Source of the DNA: Seison nebaliae
Lineage: Eukaryota
Direction: 5' to 3'
Assembly (NCBI GenBank): GCA_023231475.1
Contig: JALJEE010002829.1
Coordinates: 1-48,545 of the forward strand
DNA length: 48,545 bases
Under the pieces are notes generated by a model. It worked only from the letters and a program-made list of their open reading frames with translations. It had not been told where the DNA came from and ran no database searches. Position numbers and translations under genes: made by a program. Of the stretch, positions 10,613 to 25,150 are shown in pieces (position 1 is the stretch's first letter; each line of letters begins with the position of its first letter).

Positions 10613-12725
10613 TCACACTAAATGTGCGACTATTGAATGTTTAATTTTCGACCATTCCTTCTCAATCTTTTGTTTGAGGAAAATCTCTTGTAAATAATCA
10701 AAGTCATAGGCTTTTTCCAAATTATCCGATTGTCTTTGAACGAGTGACATTTTCGTCGTTGAAGAGAAATCTACAAATCAGTAAGAGATTCATAAATGTC
10801 ATAGACAATTATAGTTAATAATTATATTATTTTATATTATTTTTTTATAATTATATTATAATAATTATTATACGAACTTCGATGGACGTCGTTGAAAGAA
10901 ATGTATCCCACTTCACAATCCGTTCGACATATCATCGTTGTTAACGAGTTCTCTTTCTTGATAACACAACGTCCACATAATGCCATCGGTTTATCAACCG
11001 TCTTTAATAAAATTCTCTGAAAGGAAATGAAATTGGAAAAAAATTAAAAATTTCAACCTGATTTCCCGAGAAATTATTGAAAGACGATAACATTTCCGTC
11101 GAATTGACAATTTCCATCAATTTTTTCGTATGATGTTCTTCCTCCTCTAAGTTGATGTTGTGAATTGGAGGTAACGATTTATAAGAGTGACGGGAATTTA
11201 TTCTGGAATTATTTTCCATTTGCTCTTCATCTTCCTCTACAATATCTGGTAATTGACTCGAGATATTCATCAGATTTGACATTTCCACTATCGGTGTTGA
11301 TTCAACTAATAAATTGTCTGAAGCTGATGGTGGTGGTGGATTTGTGTATTCTTTCTCAAAGCTTGTTCTTGTTGTTGTTTGTGGAAATAGTTGTTTGTAA
11401 ATATCGATATTTCCATTTATTAAAAAAACCATATATGATGGTCCTTCTCCTTCTTCACAGATAACTATTGAAGAATTAAAGCATTGACATATATTCCCAA
11501 AGATCAATTTCTAACTATCATTCTTTTTCAGTTTCATAAATTCCAAATTATTCGATAATTCATCCACCATAGTTGGTGATAATTCATCAAAATATTCATA
11601 ACAATTTCTCAAACATTCCAATTTCTTATTTCTAATTTTCCCCTCAATATCCTTCAAATGAACTTGTGAAATTCGAATAAAAAATCGAGTGAAACATTCG
11701 AAATATATTGATAAGATCGACTACCTAAACGGAGGACGGTACATGTGCCCACCGTTTTCCCCACAAATAAACTACGAAAATGAATTTGACTATTTTTTGA
11801 GCATTTTCGTATTACTAGAAAATTTCAACTTGGTATCTTCGGAGAATTTGGGAGAACATGTTCCGAATAAATCTCCCTTCTTTAAGAATATTTCATTTCT
11901 GATCCATTGATCGTTCCACGGGAGATAAGCAACATCATCGCTCCGAACTTCGATCGAACCGTCTAATATCAAATAAAGTGTCTGACATCCATGTACTGAA
12001 TGATAAGTGAAATGAAATAAATTTCAATTCAAATTAAACTAGCAGTATTTGTCTCAATTATTTCTTTAATAAATGATGTGTGACATTTGTTCAGTAGATT
12101 ATCTCTCATCGTAAATAATCGATTATCAGGTAAAAGTACCTTCAAAATTTTTAAACATAGAACATTATTCTCTTTCGTTCTTTGAAATGGACTTTTTAGG
12201 AGACAAGAATGAAACTATTTTGATTTTGATAAAGATGTTGAAAGAAACTTAATTGAAAATAATTCCATCAATTTCTCATAACATTTTATGTCGTCGTTCA
12301 TCCAAGACATATCTGGCGGAACTGGTCGAATATTTCTCAAATGTTCTTTTATGTTTCCTGCAGACGGATGAACTAGATGATTTGTATTGTCCTTCTTCCT
12401 ACAATATAATCGTTTAATGACATTGTCAATTTTTAATTGTTGCTTCCTCCTAATCTCTTCCCCATCACTTATCTGAGTTCTGGAATTGAGATAGATACAA
12501 TTCTGGAATCTTTTTTCCATTAAATAAAATTAAAAAAAACAATTCATGAAGAGATTTCTTTCCAAAAATTTCCTTGTAATGTTCCAATAGGAACTTTTTC
12601 GCTTCATCTCTTTATAAAAAACGAATGAAATACTTTTCTGAATTAAAAAACACCAACTCTGACGAAAAATTGGAGAGATCAGTGAGAAATTTTAAATTTG
12701 ATAAATTCATTGTCATAATCACCAT
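10613..12725 (-). CDS. Cyclic-nucleotide-binding domain protein with two CNB-like domains (CNBD1/2-like), 10 exons
   Basis: The spliced product has PFQRT, then LYLILDGSIEV...LKKGDLFG...GTCTVLRL, then ICEEGEGPSYMVFLINGNIDIYK...TMICRTDCEVGYI. It ends EWSKIKHSIVAHLV*. 9 GTT..AG introns. The start could be one of three nearby in-frame ATGs. Confidence 0.75.
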
Positions 12726-13117
12726 GGAAATAAAGAAATTTAGCTCGTTTTTTAAAAATACGCTAAATTCATTCTTATTATAATTATATTATATGAATTT
12801 ATTATAGTCATCTATATGAAATTGAACTTTATTAACAAATTTATTTTTTACAGTAATTTTTAAAATATTTTAAAAACTCAATTCAATTATATAAATCAAC
12901 AAATTGAACAATTTGAATTTTTTTCTGTAATCAGGTCTCTAATTCACAAAAGTCTCTATAATGCTTATAATTGAAAATTACTATAATTTCTATTACCTTT
13001 AAATACTGTTATGGTTTAGATCTGATTTCGAAACATATTACGTAACTAATAATATTAGATATTTAAAGCGGCTCTCGTTCAAAGCACGCTAAAATATTTG
13101 AGTATTCTCCATAAAAA

Positions 13118-14254
13118 ATGGAGAAAGTGAATAGTAAACCGAACGTTGCATATTTGATAGATGTATGTGCAAATTTATGTCATCGGAAATTTCACCACAA
13201 GAAAGTGGTCGATAAAATTCTTCAAAATTCGGAATATGAAGGGAATGTTAAAGAATTCCTGGCACCATCATGTTCATTGAGAGAATGTCATGACTTGATG
13301 AAATTGGGAGAAGATTATCCACATCACGTTAAATATACGGTAGGTTGTCATCCTGCGATGGTGATGCATTATGAGAAAGATCTCGATTTTTTCCAAAGAG
13401 AATTAAAGAAACAATATATCAATTCGAAATGTATCGGTATTGGGGAATGTGGTTTGGATTATTCATACGAATTCGCCGATAAGAAAATTCAAAAAGAAAT
13501 TTTCCATAAACAATTATTATTGGGAAGTGAGATGAAAACATTTATGATATTTCACGAACGTGAAGCAACGAAAGATTTCCTTCAAATGATCGACGAAAAT
13601 GGAATGATAAAAAATATTGTCGGATTAATTCATTGTTTCACGAACAACGAAAATGCCTGTCGTGAATATATTCAACGTAATATGTTCATCGGATTAACTC
13701 CATTTATTTTCAACGCTTTCTCATTCAATCGAAAAGATTCAAGGAAATCTCGTGAGACATTATCTTGTCTATTACGAGGATATATTCCGTTGAATCGTTT
13801 AGTCGTTGAATCAGACGCACCTTTCCAATATCGTTCATTACCCGCCTATACTCGAATGTACATGACCAGTACACCATCGTCAGCAGTTCATTATTATAAC
13901 AGATTAAATGGAAAAAATAACGAACCGATTGCCACAACCATCACATTATCATTCATTATTTTCCACATTTTATTATTCGATTTCCTTCACCAAAATGGAA
14001 TGGACGTTCAACAAGATTATAATGCAAATTTTTGGAAAGATCTCCTCACTCAACTCAATATCAACACAAAAGAATTATTAGATGAAAATCGAGAATTTAA
14101 TATAAAAACTTATTCCGATGTCTTCGAACATAATCGATTGAATTCTTTATTGAATTATCCAAAATTCTCCAAATTCCAAAAAGAATTTTTTCTCCATTTC
14201 CGAAACATTATTTTCCAAACGACTAAACATCTTTTCTCCATAAGAAAATTTTAA
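13118..14254 (+). CDS. TatD-family DNase (single exon)
   Basis: IDVCANL, TVGCHP, IGECGLDY, FHKQL, HEREA, IHCFT, ESDAPF and NEP are the TatD TIM-barrel motifs. Confidence 0.92.
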   Translation: MEKVNSKPNVAYLIDVCANLCHRKFHHKKVVDKILQNSEYEGNVKEFLAPSCSLRECHDLMKLGEDYPHHVKYTVGCHPAMVMHYEKDLDFFQRELKKQYINSKCIGIGECGLDYSYEFADKKIQKEIFHKQLLLGSEMKTFMIFHEREATKDFLQMIDENGMIKNIVGLIHCFTNNENACREYIQRNMFIGLTPFIFNAFSFNRKDSRKSRETLSCLLRGYIPLNRLVVESDAPFQYRSLPAYTRMYMTSTPSSAVHYYNRLNGKNNEPIATTITLSFIIFHILLFDFLHQNGMDVQQDYNANFWKDLLTQLNINTKELLDENREFNIKTYSDVFEHNRLNSLLNYPKFSKFQKEFFLHFRNIIFQTTKHLFSIRKF

Positions 14255-14769
14255 GTTTTCTCATTTCATTTTTATATACGTTATATTATTTATATCTATT
14301 CTTAAATTTATGTTGTGTTTTTTTTTAAATAAATAAATTGTCTTTTTATTTCCACATTTGTGTTTTGGGTAAATAAATTACGTTTTTATCTTTTTGAACC
14401 TTCCCCTCTACATGTACATACATGTCTATGTGTGTATATGAAGATGAATTTGTTTAGACTGAAAAGAAAATATTTTTAAACTGAAATTACAATGAAAGGG
14501 GAGTTGGGAAGCTTATAAAACAAGACCAATTGCCTGTGGATAGATGGGAAAGATTTCAAGTTTGAAGAAGAGGAAGAAAAATTTTCATAAACTTATAAAA
14601 CATCTTTCATTTTTTTTAATATGGACGAAGATTGTTGAAGGATTTTGGGAACGCTTTCGATTCTGATTCTTGAAAGGAAATTCTTCTCATTGAGAAAGTT
14701 GCTCCTTTTCCTTCTTCTCACAATAATTATTTTTCCAGTATAAATAATTAAAGTAAAAATTTTTAAAAA

Positions 14770-15427
14770 ATGTTCCGGTCACTGATTCGTCCATTAACCG
14801 TTGTAACGCGGTACAGATGTGTTGGAATCTTGTTACTTCTTCTCATATGTTCATTTTGCCTCATCTTTAAGAATTTGACAAATACTTCAAAATTATTGAC
14901 GTGCAATTTATTCTCGAAACATTTATCAGGAAGATTTGCCTCGACGGAAGTGAAGACAAATGGCATAAATACAGATGAATCAATTTTCCAAAAGATTATG
15001 AAGAAGAAAATTAATTCGACAATAATCTTCGAAGATGATCAAGTTAAAAGAATGTTCCGTTTTCTTTTCCAACGTTCTCATAAAAACCGTTATTAAGTGC
15101 ATTGTAATCGAAGACGTGAATCCTCAAGCGAAAGTTCACTTACTCGTTATTCCAAGAAGGCGAATAAATCGGTTAAGCGAATCATCACCCGAAGATCAGT
15201 CACTTCTCGGTCATTTACTTTTCATTGCGCAACGTTCTGCTAACCTGAAACATCTGGATGATTTCCGCATCGGTTTATTTCTTTTTTTTCTTTCATTTCG
15301 TTCAATTTATTCAATTTCATTTTCCTTTCTAAAAGTAATCAATGATGGAGAGTCTGCTGGTCAATCTGTCTTCCATCTCCATATTCATGTATTGGGTGGA
15401 AGAAACTTTAGTTGGCCTCCTGGATAA
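14770..15427 (+). CDS. Histidine triad nucleotide-binding protein (HINT2-like, probable mitochondrial presequence)
   Basis: SIFQKI, IIFEDDQ|CIVIEDVNPQAKVHLLVIP, LLGHL, VINDGESAGQSVFHLHIHVLGGRNFSWPPG. Introns 15043-15097 and 15273-15335, plus a probable in-frame intron at 14821-14871. Confidence 0.93.
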
Positions 15428-15928
15428 CTGACTAAATGTCACTAATGATAAAATCAATAATCAATTAAACGAATACACAATTGAATGAATATATTATTTT
15501 CTTGTACTGAAATCTTCTTCTCTTTTAAACTTTTAATCGTAATGAATATAATTATGTACTAACCAACGACGATTTAATATTAATTTGATTCGAAAAAAAA
15601 AAACAAATCATATCGTCGATTTTCCACTAGGAAACATCGTAAATTTATTATGCACATAATTCTTCATTATCATTATTATTACAGTAATTTTATCATCCAA
15701 TATAAATTTCTTTAATTTGATAATTAAAATTTTCTCTCTAATAGAAAATTCTTCCAGAAAACATTTTTTCTTTTAATGAATTTTAAAAAATTGAAAAATT
15801 CCACTCTCCTAAGAAATTTTAAATTATATTCTTTGTAATTATATTTCTTAGAAACCATTTATTTCGGGAACAATTCTTATCGATTCCTGTCAGATTTTTT
15901 CAAATTTTCATTTTTTGAGAAGAATAAA

Positions 15929-16153
15929 ATGTCTCTTATCTTCCGTCATAAGCAGAATGAAGCAGAAGAGAAACGAAAACTACGTCGACAACTTAATTTA
16001 ACTTGTTATCTTTCTTCTTTCATTTCACATCATTTTCCACTTGACACTAATTCTTTTCGTTCCATTAAAAAAAAATCCGTTCCACATTTCCCTTTTTTGA
16101 CGAATGAATTAACCGAAGAACAATATCTTTCATCGACATGTCAAATTACATAA
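15929..16153 (+). CDS. Short ORF of unknown function (may be partial)
   Basis: ATG ORF of 74 aa with a charged helical N-terminus (HKQNEAEEKRKLRRQL). No domain recognised. Confidence 0.3.
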   Translation: MSLIFRHKQNEAEEKRKLRRQLNLTCYLSSFISHHFPLDTNSFRSIKKKSVPHFPFLTNELTEEQYLSSTCQIT

Positions 16154-16345
16154 GAAATAATAATATCTTTATTAGTGAGTCTGTAAAAAAGTGTTCGATG
16201 GATGAAAGTGTTTTTCATAATTTTAAATCATCTCAACATCAATTTTCTCTTTTTATTCTATTAATATTAATTCGTTTAACTATTTAATTCCTTTAAATTA
16301 TTCTTGTTAATTCGTTAAACTATTAATATTAATACATTTTGAATA

Positions 16346-16738
16346 ATGACAGTTGCTGGTAGAGAATCTCGTTTGGATATTGACGAGAAGAATTGGAGTG
16401 GCTCGAAAGAAAGGAATGAATTGTTGAAAGAACTTTCGTCGAAAAAGTTTCTGAAAGAAACTAATCAGAATTCGGATATCATCGAAATTGGTTATGTTAC
16501 AGCGAAGGCGCATATCCGAAAAATTGAATTAGCGCCAAATCGATGTATGACATTCGCATTACGACGTGCATTACATCTCAATCGTTGTGAATATTTCAAA
16601 TTGTTAGTACAATTGAAACATCTGGATCGTCAGCGAAAAATCGTGGAGAGACAATTGGAGCAACGATGTAAAATTTTACGGAATAGTCCCTTGCTAAACG
16701 GGAAACATTTGGTCGAGTTGAAATTGAACCAAAATTAA
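16346..16738 (+). CDS. Small basic coiled-coil protein, unknown function
   Basis: 130-aa ATG ORF with coding-like composition and C-terminal heptads (LLVQLKHLDRQRKIVERQLEQR). Confidence 0.6.
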   Translation: MTVAGRESRLDIDEKNWSGSKERNELLKELSSKKFLKETNQNSDIIEIGYVTAKAHIRKIELAPNRCMTFALRRALHLNRCEYFKLLVQLKHLDRQRKIVERQLEQRCKILRNSPLLNGKHLVELKLNQN

Positions 16739-18219
16739 CATGGATTATTAGGAGATGTCAGAAAGAAAATTTACTCAAATTCCCTTCCATGCAATGTAAT
16801 AATTGAATAAATTTATAAAATCATGCATTGATCTTTTATCAATTTATTTACTCGTCATTCCGTCTTTCATTACACTTTTCCCAGCTATTGTGCTTGCTCT
16901 CTTGTTGCTGCTGCTGCTGCTGCTGAAGATTCATTTATTAATTAATAAAATGATATCGACTTCGAACAATCTTTATGAGATAACGAGATAGAAGTCGTCT
17001 CCTCGAAAAAACTAATTTAGGATATGTGCACACACTATGCAAATAACAGAGAGATATATCAGGAATAGTATAAAATTTCATTGCATATATCACTTGTAAT
17101 CAGAATATCGCATTGTAATTAGAAAATAAACTGACAAAAGAATCGTTGTAAACAGACTCAACTTTTACCTTTTTTTTCTTCATCCAAGAAATGTTCGTTA
17201 ATTAAAATTTTTCTTCCTTTCATCAACATACTTGTTCGCAGGAAAGTTAGACATGCAACAGTTCAAGGTTTTGCACTTAAGCATTATTTCATTCAACTTC
17301 CAATGAGCAATGATCAATGATAAAAAAAGAAAAACGAGATAAATTTCTTTTGGACCTTCCCTCAATGTTGCCTCTCGTTCGGTTTCGATGAAATTCCTTT
17401 TTCTTCCTTTTCAATTCCATTTATCTTCTCTAATTATTAATAGCAGTTTGCAATCATTCCATTTTTGGGTCTTTCGAATTCTTTATCTATTTTATTCTTT
17501 TTTCATTTCGTCATTTATATCTCCCAAAACGGAAGAGATTCCGATTATCTCCTAATCGTTTTTCCTACATTGAAATTTTCTCGTTTGTAAAATGTTCTCG
17601 AAAACGATAGATTTGTAATTCCTCCTTTCAATTGATTAGTGAGAAAATTATAGTTCGATTTGACCTGAATTTGAATAATCGTATTGTCTATCGTAATATT
17701 CTCTCGACGAATCCAAAGTTTCCAATTATATTTAATTTATTCTTCTCCCATATCGTCTTTGTCGGGTGTTCCATTTAAATGTTATTAGAGACCTCTCGGA
17801 TGAGAGCGAGAGACGAAAAAAACTCATTTTAACGTAATTGCCATTTCTAGTTTCATAAGAAATATGAGTTCGGTTAAGAAGTACTTTTTTATAATTCTTA
17901 AAGAAATTATCTTTCCACGAAATATTCTCATTCATCAGAAGTGTGTTCGAGCAACTGAAATGAATTAGTGTAATTTTCTTTCGATTTCTTATGAAATAAT
18001 CTCTCATAGCCTACAGTTAATCTGCAGTTTTCATAGTAAGTCTATTATTCTTTCAAACGGTAAATTATTTTAGCCCGAAAAGCTTCTTAACAAAAAGAAG
18101 AATTTTATTTTTAATAGTTTTTCTCTAAATTAGGTTGTTGTTCTCCTTCCCACTCTCATTATACGTACTTCGTTTCAGTCAATTATCATAGTCTTAGTCG
18201 TTCAAATTGACTTTGATGA

Positions 18220-18640
18220 AATCTAGGACCACTTTAAAATTTGTGCACTTCCGAATTGGGAGTAAAGAACACTATAATCATTAACAAACGTTAAGTTAAT
18301 TTGTTTATTCTTAACTATATGATTATTGGGCAGTGATGGTAGAGATAAAGGAATCGTTTATTCATAATCGTTATTTACATCGCTTTATCTAATTCCAAAT
18401 GAAAATAATAGAGACGATTGAATGGAACTATTCTTCCATCAACAACAATTCAGACGAAGAAAGAATAAGAATAAATTTGAAAGAAATTTCATGATGAAGG
18501 ATCGTTTGAGGCAGACAGGAATAAATAGGAGAACATATTGAAATATTATGTGAATGTTTATGAATAAAAGATAAATATCGAACATAGAACAGCTGCGTCT
18601 ATTGTTCCACATGTGGATGATGGTTAACAGTTTGAATAAT
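18220..18640 (+). mobile_element. Possible decayed Tc1/mariner-like transposase fossil
   Basis: Broken frames give LKFVH..SKEHY, LLGSDGRD, RRLNGTILPSTTIQ and KYYVNVYE, in Tc1 motif order. Many stops. Confidence 0.3.
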
Positions 18641-19148
18641 AAATAATTATTTTCATGATTTCACTCATGATTTTCCTCACCAACCTAAACTCTTCTTCGC
18701 CCTAGGAGACTTTTCGTTTAATACGAATCAATAGTCTTTTGGTTTATCTTTCCGTTAATCTGAGGAAATGTCAAAACGAACGAAAAAGAATTTCAAATTA
18801 ATAATTAACTAAACTCCCTATAATTACCGAATAATATACATTCGACTTCATCAAAAATAATAAATTAACATACATATTTTTTTCGGTTCTTTTTTATAGA
18901 CTCCATTATTCAAACTTTCTTTTTCTTTCTTCGTTTCCTCACTTCGTATTCGATATGTGTTGCGAACATCTACTTCTTCAAAATAAATATACCGCTTCCC
19001 TTTTGTCGATTCACAAAGACGGAAGAGAATGACTAATAATATTCTTCTTTTTTTTTCATTTATATAATAATTGGAATTATCTTTCTATTTATATGATATT
19101 CGTCTTCTTTTTTTCATTAGTTCAACTTTTTCCTTATTGTCTCGTTTG

Positions 19149-19541
19149 ATGATGGAGAAAAACGTGTGTCTTCTTACCATTGACGTGAAAGGATATAACC
19201 CTGATTCGATTCATATACAACTCATCATTCCACGGACTATTCGTGTGACGGCCGAAGTGTTTGAACAACAAGATCGAGTGGTGAGTCGATATACGAAACA
19301 GTCCAATCTAGACCAACAATCCAAATTGCCCATGTCTTGGCAATCTGGTATTCCGCTACATGGACGTTTGGATTTACCGTCGCAAAAATTGTTCATCGAA
19401 ATGAATAATAATGAAGTAAATCAATCGACTGATGAACGATATTTCGATGTATCACAACAACCACGATCACAAGTGATGGATGATAGTGGATTCAAAACAA
19501 ACATCTCCTCATCAAATCTATTTCGAGGTTCGGTAATGTAA
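19149..19541 (+). CDS. Divergent small heat-shock / alpha-crystallin-domain protein
   Basis: LTIDVKGYNPDSIHIQL...IRVTAEVFEQ...SKLP...GRLD...KLFIEM resembles the alpha-crystallin beta-strand pattern (LDVKHFxPEEIxV). The first ATG is at 19149; the ORF-track start at 19071 is a TTG. Confidence 0.55.
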   Translation: MMEKNVCLLTIDVKGYNPDSIHIQLIIPRTIRVTAEVFEQQDRVVSRYTKQSNLDQQSKLPMSWQSGIPLHGRLDLPSQKLFIEMNNNEVNQSTDERYFDVSQQPRSQVMDDSGFKTNISSSNLFRGSVM

Positions 19542-20581
19542 AGGATGGGAAATCAACTCTCAATAATCTAGCGCAACGAGACATTAGTAAGAGAATCCAT
19601 CTGAAAATGTTACGTGAATATTCCGAATGTGATATTTATTTAAATTGTGACGTGATGAATTGATCGAATTCTCATATAGTTTATCTTTCTCAACTCTCTC
19701 TTTCTACTTTCGTCTAAAAATTCGTAAATTTGTCAAAAAAAAAAACACCAACCAAAAATCTTCCTTATTTCACGAATCGTAATAAATTAGTTCACTCAAA
19801 TTATTAATCTGGTGCAACAATTCGAAACAAAACAAGAAATAAATAAAATATCTTCATCATTTCCTTCTTCTCATTTCGTACGTGTTAAGTTAATTATGCT
19901 GATATTATAAGAAATCGAATTAATTTCGACGAGTAAACAATAATAAGGTTTTCCCAATTAATATTCCCCTAAAAAAACAGACAAGAAAAATTTTTTATGA
20001 TTTTTTGTTGATTATTTGTATATAAGGAAAATAAAAGTGGACAATTCACTTTAAATGACATAATCGGAAACTATATGGGATATATGGTTCGGGGCACGAG
20101 AGTTTCATAAGCACAATCAATAAACAAATCGACAGAGAAAATAAATTGAGGTATTTCATTAAGAGGAGGCTTTGGGCATGGGAGAGAAAATGGAAAGGAG
20201 AAATCTGATAAATAGAGAGGCGACTGATCAGTTTCTAATCGAAAATATTAGCCGAACTATCTGAAGCGATTTCTCCAGTTTCTCCTCAAACGATAAGAGC
20301 AGTAGGAATTGAATATTCTATAATAATATTCGATTAATAATATTAACTGCTTTCTCTAACATAATTATTTCTTTTCAATCGTTTATCATAGAATTTCCAT
20401 GAAAGGAAATTCTTTTATTTCCCCTTTTTTCCTTCTCCATCAACGTAAATTCTTAGAATTATTATTTGAAAATTTAGGATGATGTACTTATTATTTTAAT
20501 ATCAATTATAAATTATCAATCGATAAGATTTATTTTATTTTTTTTTTAAAAAGAAATTTAAAAAAGGATTTAGTTTTGTTT

Positions 20582-21160
20582 ATGATGGATTTCAAACCAC
20601 CATCATTGACGGAAGATGAGTTGAAGATGATAAAGGAATGTAATCGAGAAGGCTTCTGGAAGAGATGTGTTCCCTTCTCCGCTCTCTCTCTATCTCTCCT
20701 GTTCATGGCTCAATCGAACGGTTACATTCCCAAATCACATATGGGAATCAAATCGTTTACGGTGGGCGTAGCGGCTTATATTCTCGGAAAGATTGCTTAC
20801 ACTCCCATTTGTCGAGAGAAGATCTTGATGACATTACCGCCCGATTCCAGATTAGTAGCAATGGCCAAAGGGAATTTTAACGAAGTATCTGAGAAGAAAA
20901 CTGAATTTGATGGAAATTCACCATCATCATTGCCATCGTCGTCGTCGTCTCTTGACGATCACGTTAAATCACAATATGATCTATTAAGAGAAGTGAATCG
21001 AGGTGAATCTGAACGATCGCCGTCGAGAATACTTGACAAATCAACAAATCAAACAACATTTTTGAATGAAGTGGACAAATCGAAGAGATTCGACACGACG
21101 ACGACGACGACGAAACGATATAACAAATATGGCGACGAGATATATGAAAATGATAAATAG
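20582..21160 (+). CDS. OCIAD1: OCIA domain-containing protein (Asrij)
   Basis: LTEDELKMIKECNREGFWKRCVPFS, YILGKIAYTPICREK, YDLLREVNR and C-terminal NKYGDE are OCIA family signatures. ATG at 20582. Confidence 0.92.
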   Translation: MMDFKPPSLTEDELKMIKECNREGFWKRCVPFSALSLSLLFMAQSNGYIPKSHMGIKSFTVGVAAYILGKIAYTPICREKILMTLPPDSRLVAMAKGNFNEVSEKKTEFDGNSPSSLPSSSSSLDDHVKSQYDLLREVNRGESERSPSRILDKSTNQTTFLNEVDKSKRFDTTTTTTKRYNKYGDEIYENDK

Positions 21161-21289
21161 GAATTCTTTCATTTGGTTAAGTGGTGGATGAATATTCCTA
21201 TAATAAATTCTTCTCCTCATTCTCCTCTCTTCGGTCGAATTGCGAGAATAGTTTTCTTAATTTTAAATTTGTTACATCTTCTCCATTAG

Positions 21290-23618
<2,329 letters not shown>

Positions 23619-24037
23619 ATGGAAATAAAATAAATTATTCTAATTTTAATTGTATGAATTTCATCGTAAATTTTATGTGTGTTTCTCTTATAATCTTTTT
23701 TTTTTAATAAAAATATTTCACAATTGTAAAAGAATTCAAATTTAATTCCATTTATTCTTTTATCCATTGAGAAAAAATCGATTCGATTTTTCGATATTGG
23801 ATAAATTGATAATTTTCTGATGGTTATCTGATGGTGACTCATAAAATTCAATGTTATTATTGATCGTGAAATGATAAGTTTAAGCGCACTTTTTCCTCAT
23901 AAGAAACGAATGGGAAATATGGACATTCATCATAGAATGAAATAAAAAATTGATTTTAATTATTATTCAATTTAATTCATGTGAATTGAACAACATCATC
24001 ACCATCATCATTATCATCATCAGAACATTTATCATCA

Positions 24038-24991
24038 ATGGCTCTAGTCGAATTATGTTTCGTCTTGATACTTCTCTTATATTTCCTCCTCGGAATTGCC
24101 ATGGTATTGAGTGGCATAATGATTATAAGAAGTGACTCAGAGATTGGTATATATCTCTATAAGGCCATTACGATGGTAATTGAAAGTTTTAATTATGAGT
24201 TGAAAAAACTGAAGCTTAATTCATTATTCAATGTAGCACATCCGGATGATCAATCGACAGCTACTTATCTTCTCCTATCCGTTTATATAGCAATTGGAGC
24301 ATTTCTCATATTTTTGAGTATTGCTGTTTGTGCCTCACTTTGTACCAATCCGGCAATAGCGCCATTGAAAGCGTCATTCTCCGCATTCCTCTTATCATCC
24401 ATTTACTTGTTTGTCCTCTTTATTATCATGATTGCATTATGTGTCGGTTTCGGTTCAACTAATGTACTTCACAAAAACTTTCGACATATGTATATGGTAA
24501 GTAAGAATAGTTTGCGATCGCGAACTATCGAATGGGCTGCTTCAGTCGAAAGAGGTTCTCTTCCTTCTTATTTTCTTTGATTCTAAGTTCTTTAATTTTT
24601 ATATTTTTAAATTTTCAAATTTTTTAATATTCATATTTTGTCTATAGAAATGGTTTGTAAAGGAATTCATAGGACAACCAGATTTATAAAATCATCGTCT
24701 GAATTCGGAATAAAGAAATGTGACGAAGTTCTCTACAAACGATTTACCAATGTCAATCTCTTATTAATTCTCTCGTCAACGGCCGGTCTAGCACTTACGT
24801 TCATTGGAGGATTGTTGACTCTGTTCGTTGTGAAACGATACATGAACACTTCGGATGAGATAGAAACCACAACGAAATTAGCCGAACGCGACATAGTTAC
24901 AAGAATTGACGCGGAATATTTCGGTGATGAAGAAACGAAGAAATATGCATCCGGAAATTTGAAGGCAAGTGATCCGGCAGTTAAACAATGA
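24038..24991 (+). CDS. Four-transmembrane, tetraspanin-like protein, 2 exons
   Basis: Three N-terminal hydrophobic helices, a large loop with two Cys, then a fourth helix (LLLILSSTAGLALTFIGGLLTLFVV). Intron 24555-24647 (GTTCTC..TAG) restores the frame. No CCG motif. Confidence 0.7.
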
Positions 24992-25150
24992 GAACATGTT
25001 CAGAAGAAGTTGTCTCTTTTTCCGTTCTTTTTTTGTTCGTTATGAAAAGAAAGTTCTAAAGAATTTTATTTGTAATTTTAATAAATTTTCATCAAGTTTC
25101 TTCCGTTTTTTTTTAAAAATTCACTGAAAATGATTCAGTAAATTTGGTAT

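Noticed and set aside
13118..14254. Horizontal transfer of intronless TatD
   Set aside because: Other clearly native genes here (GINS3, OCIAD1) are also intronless, composition matches the host, and TatD is widespread in animals.
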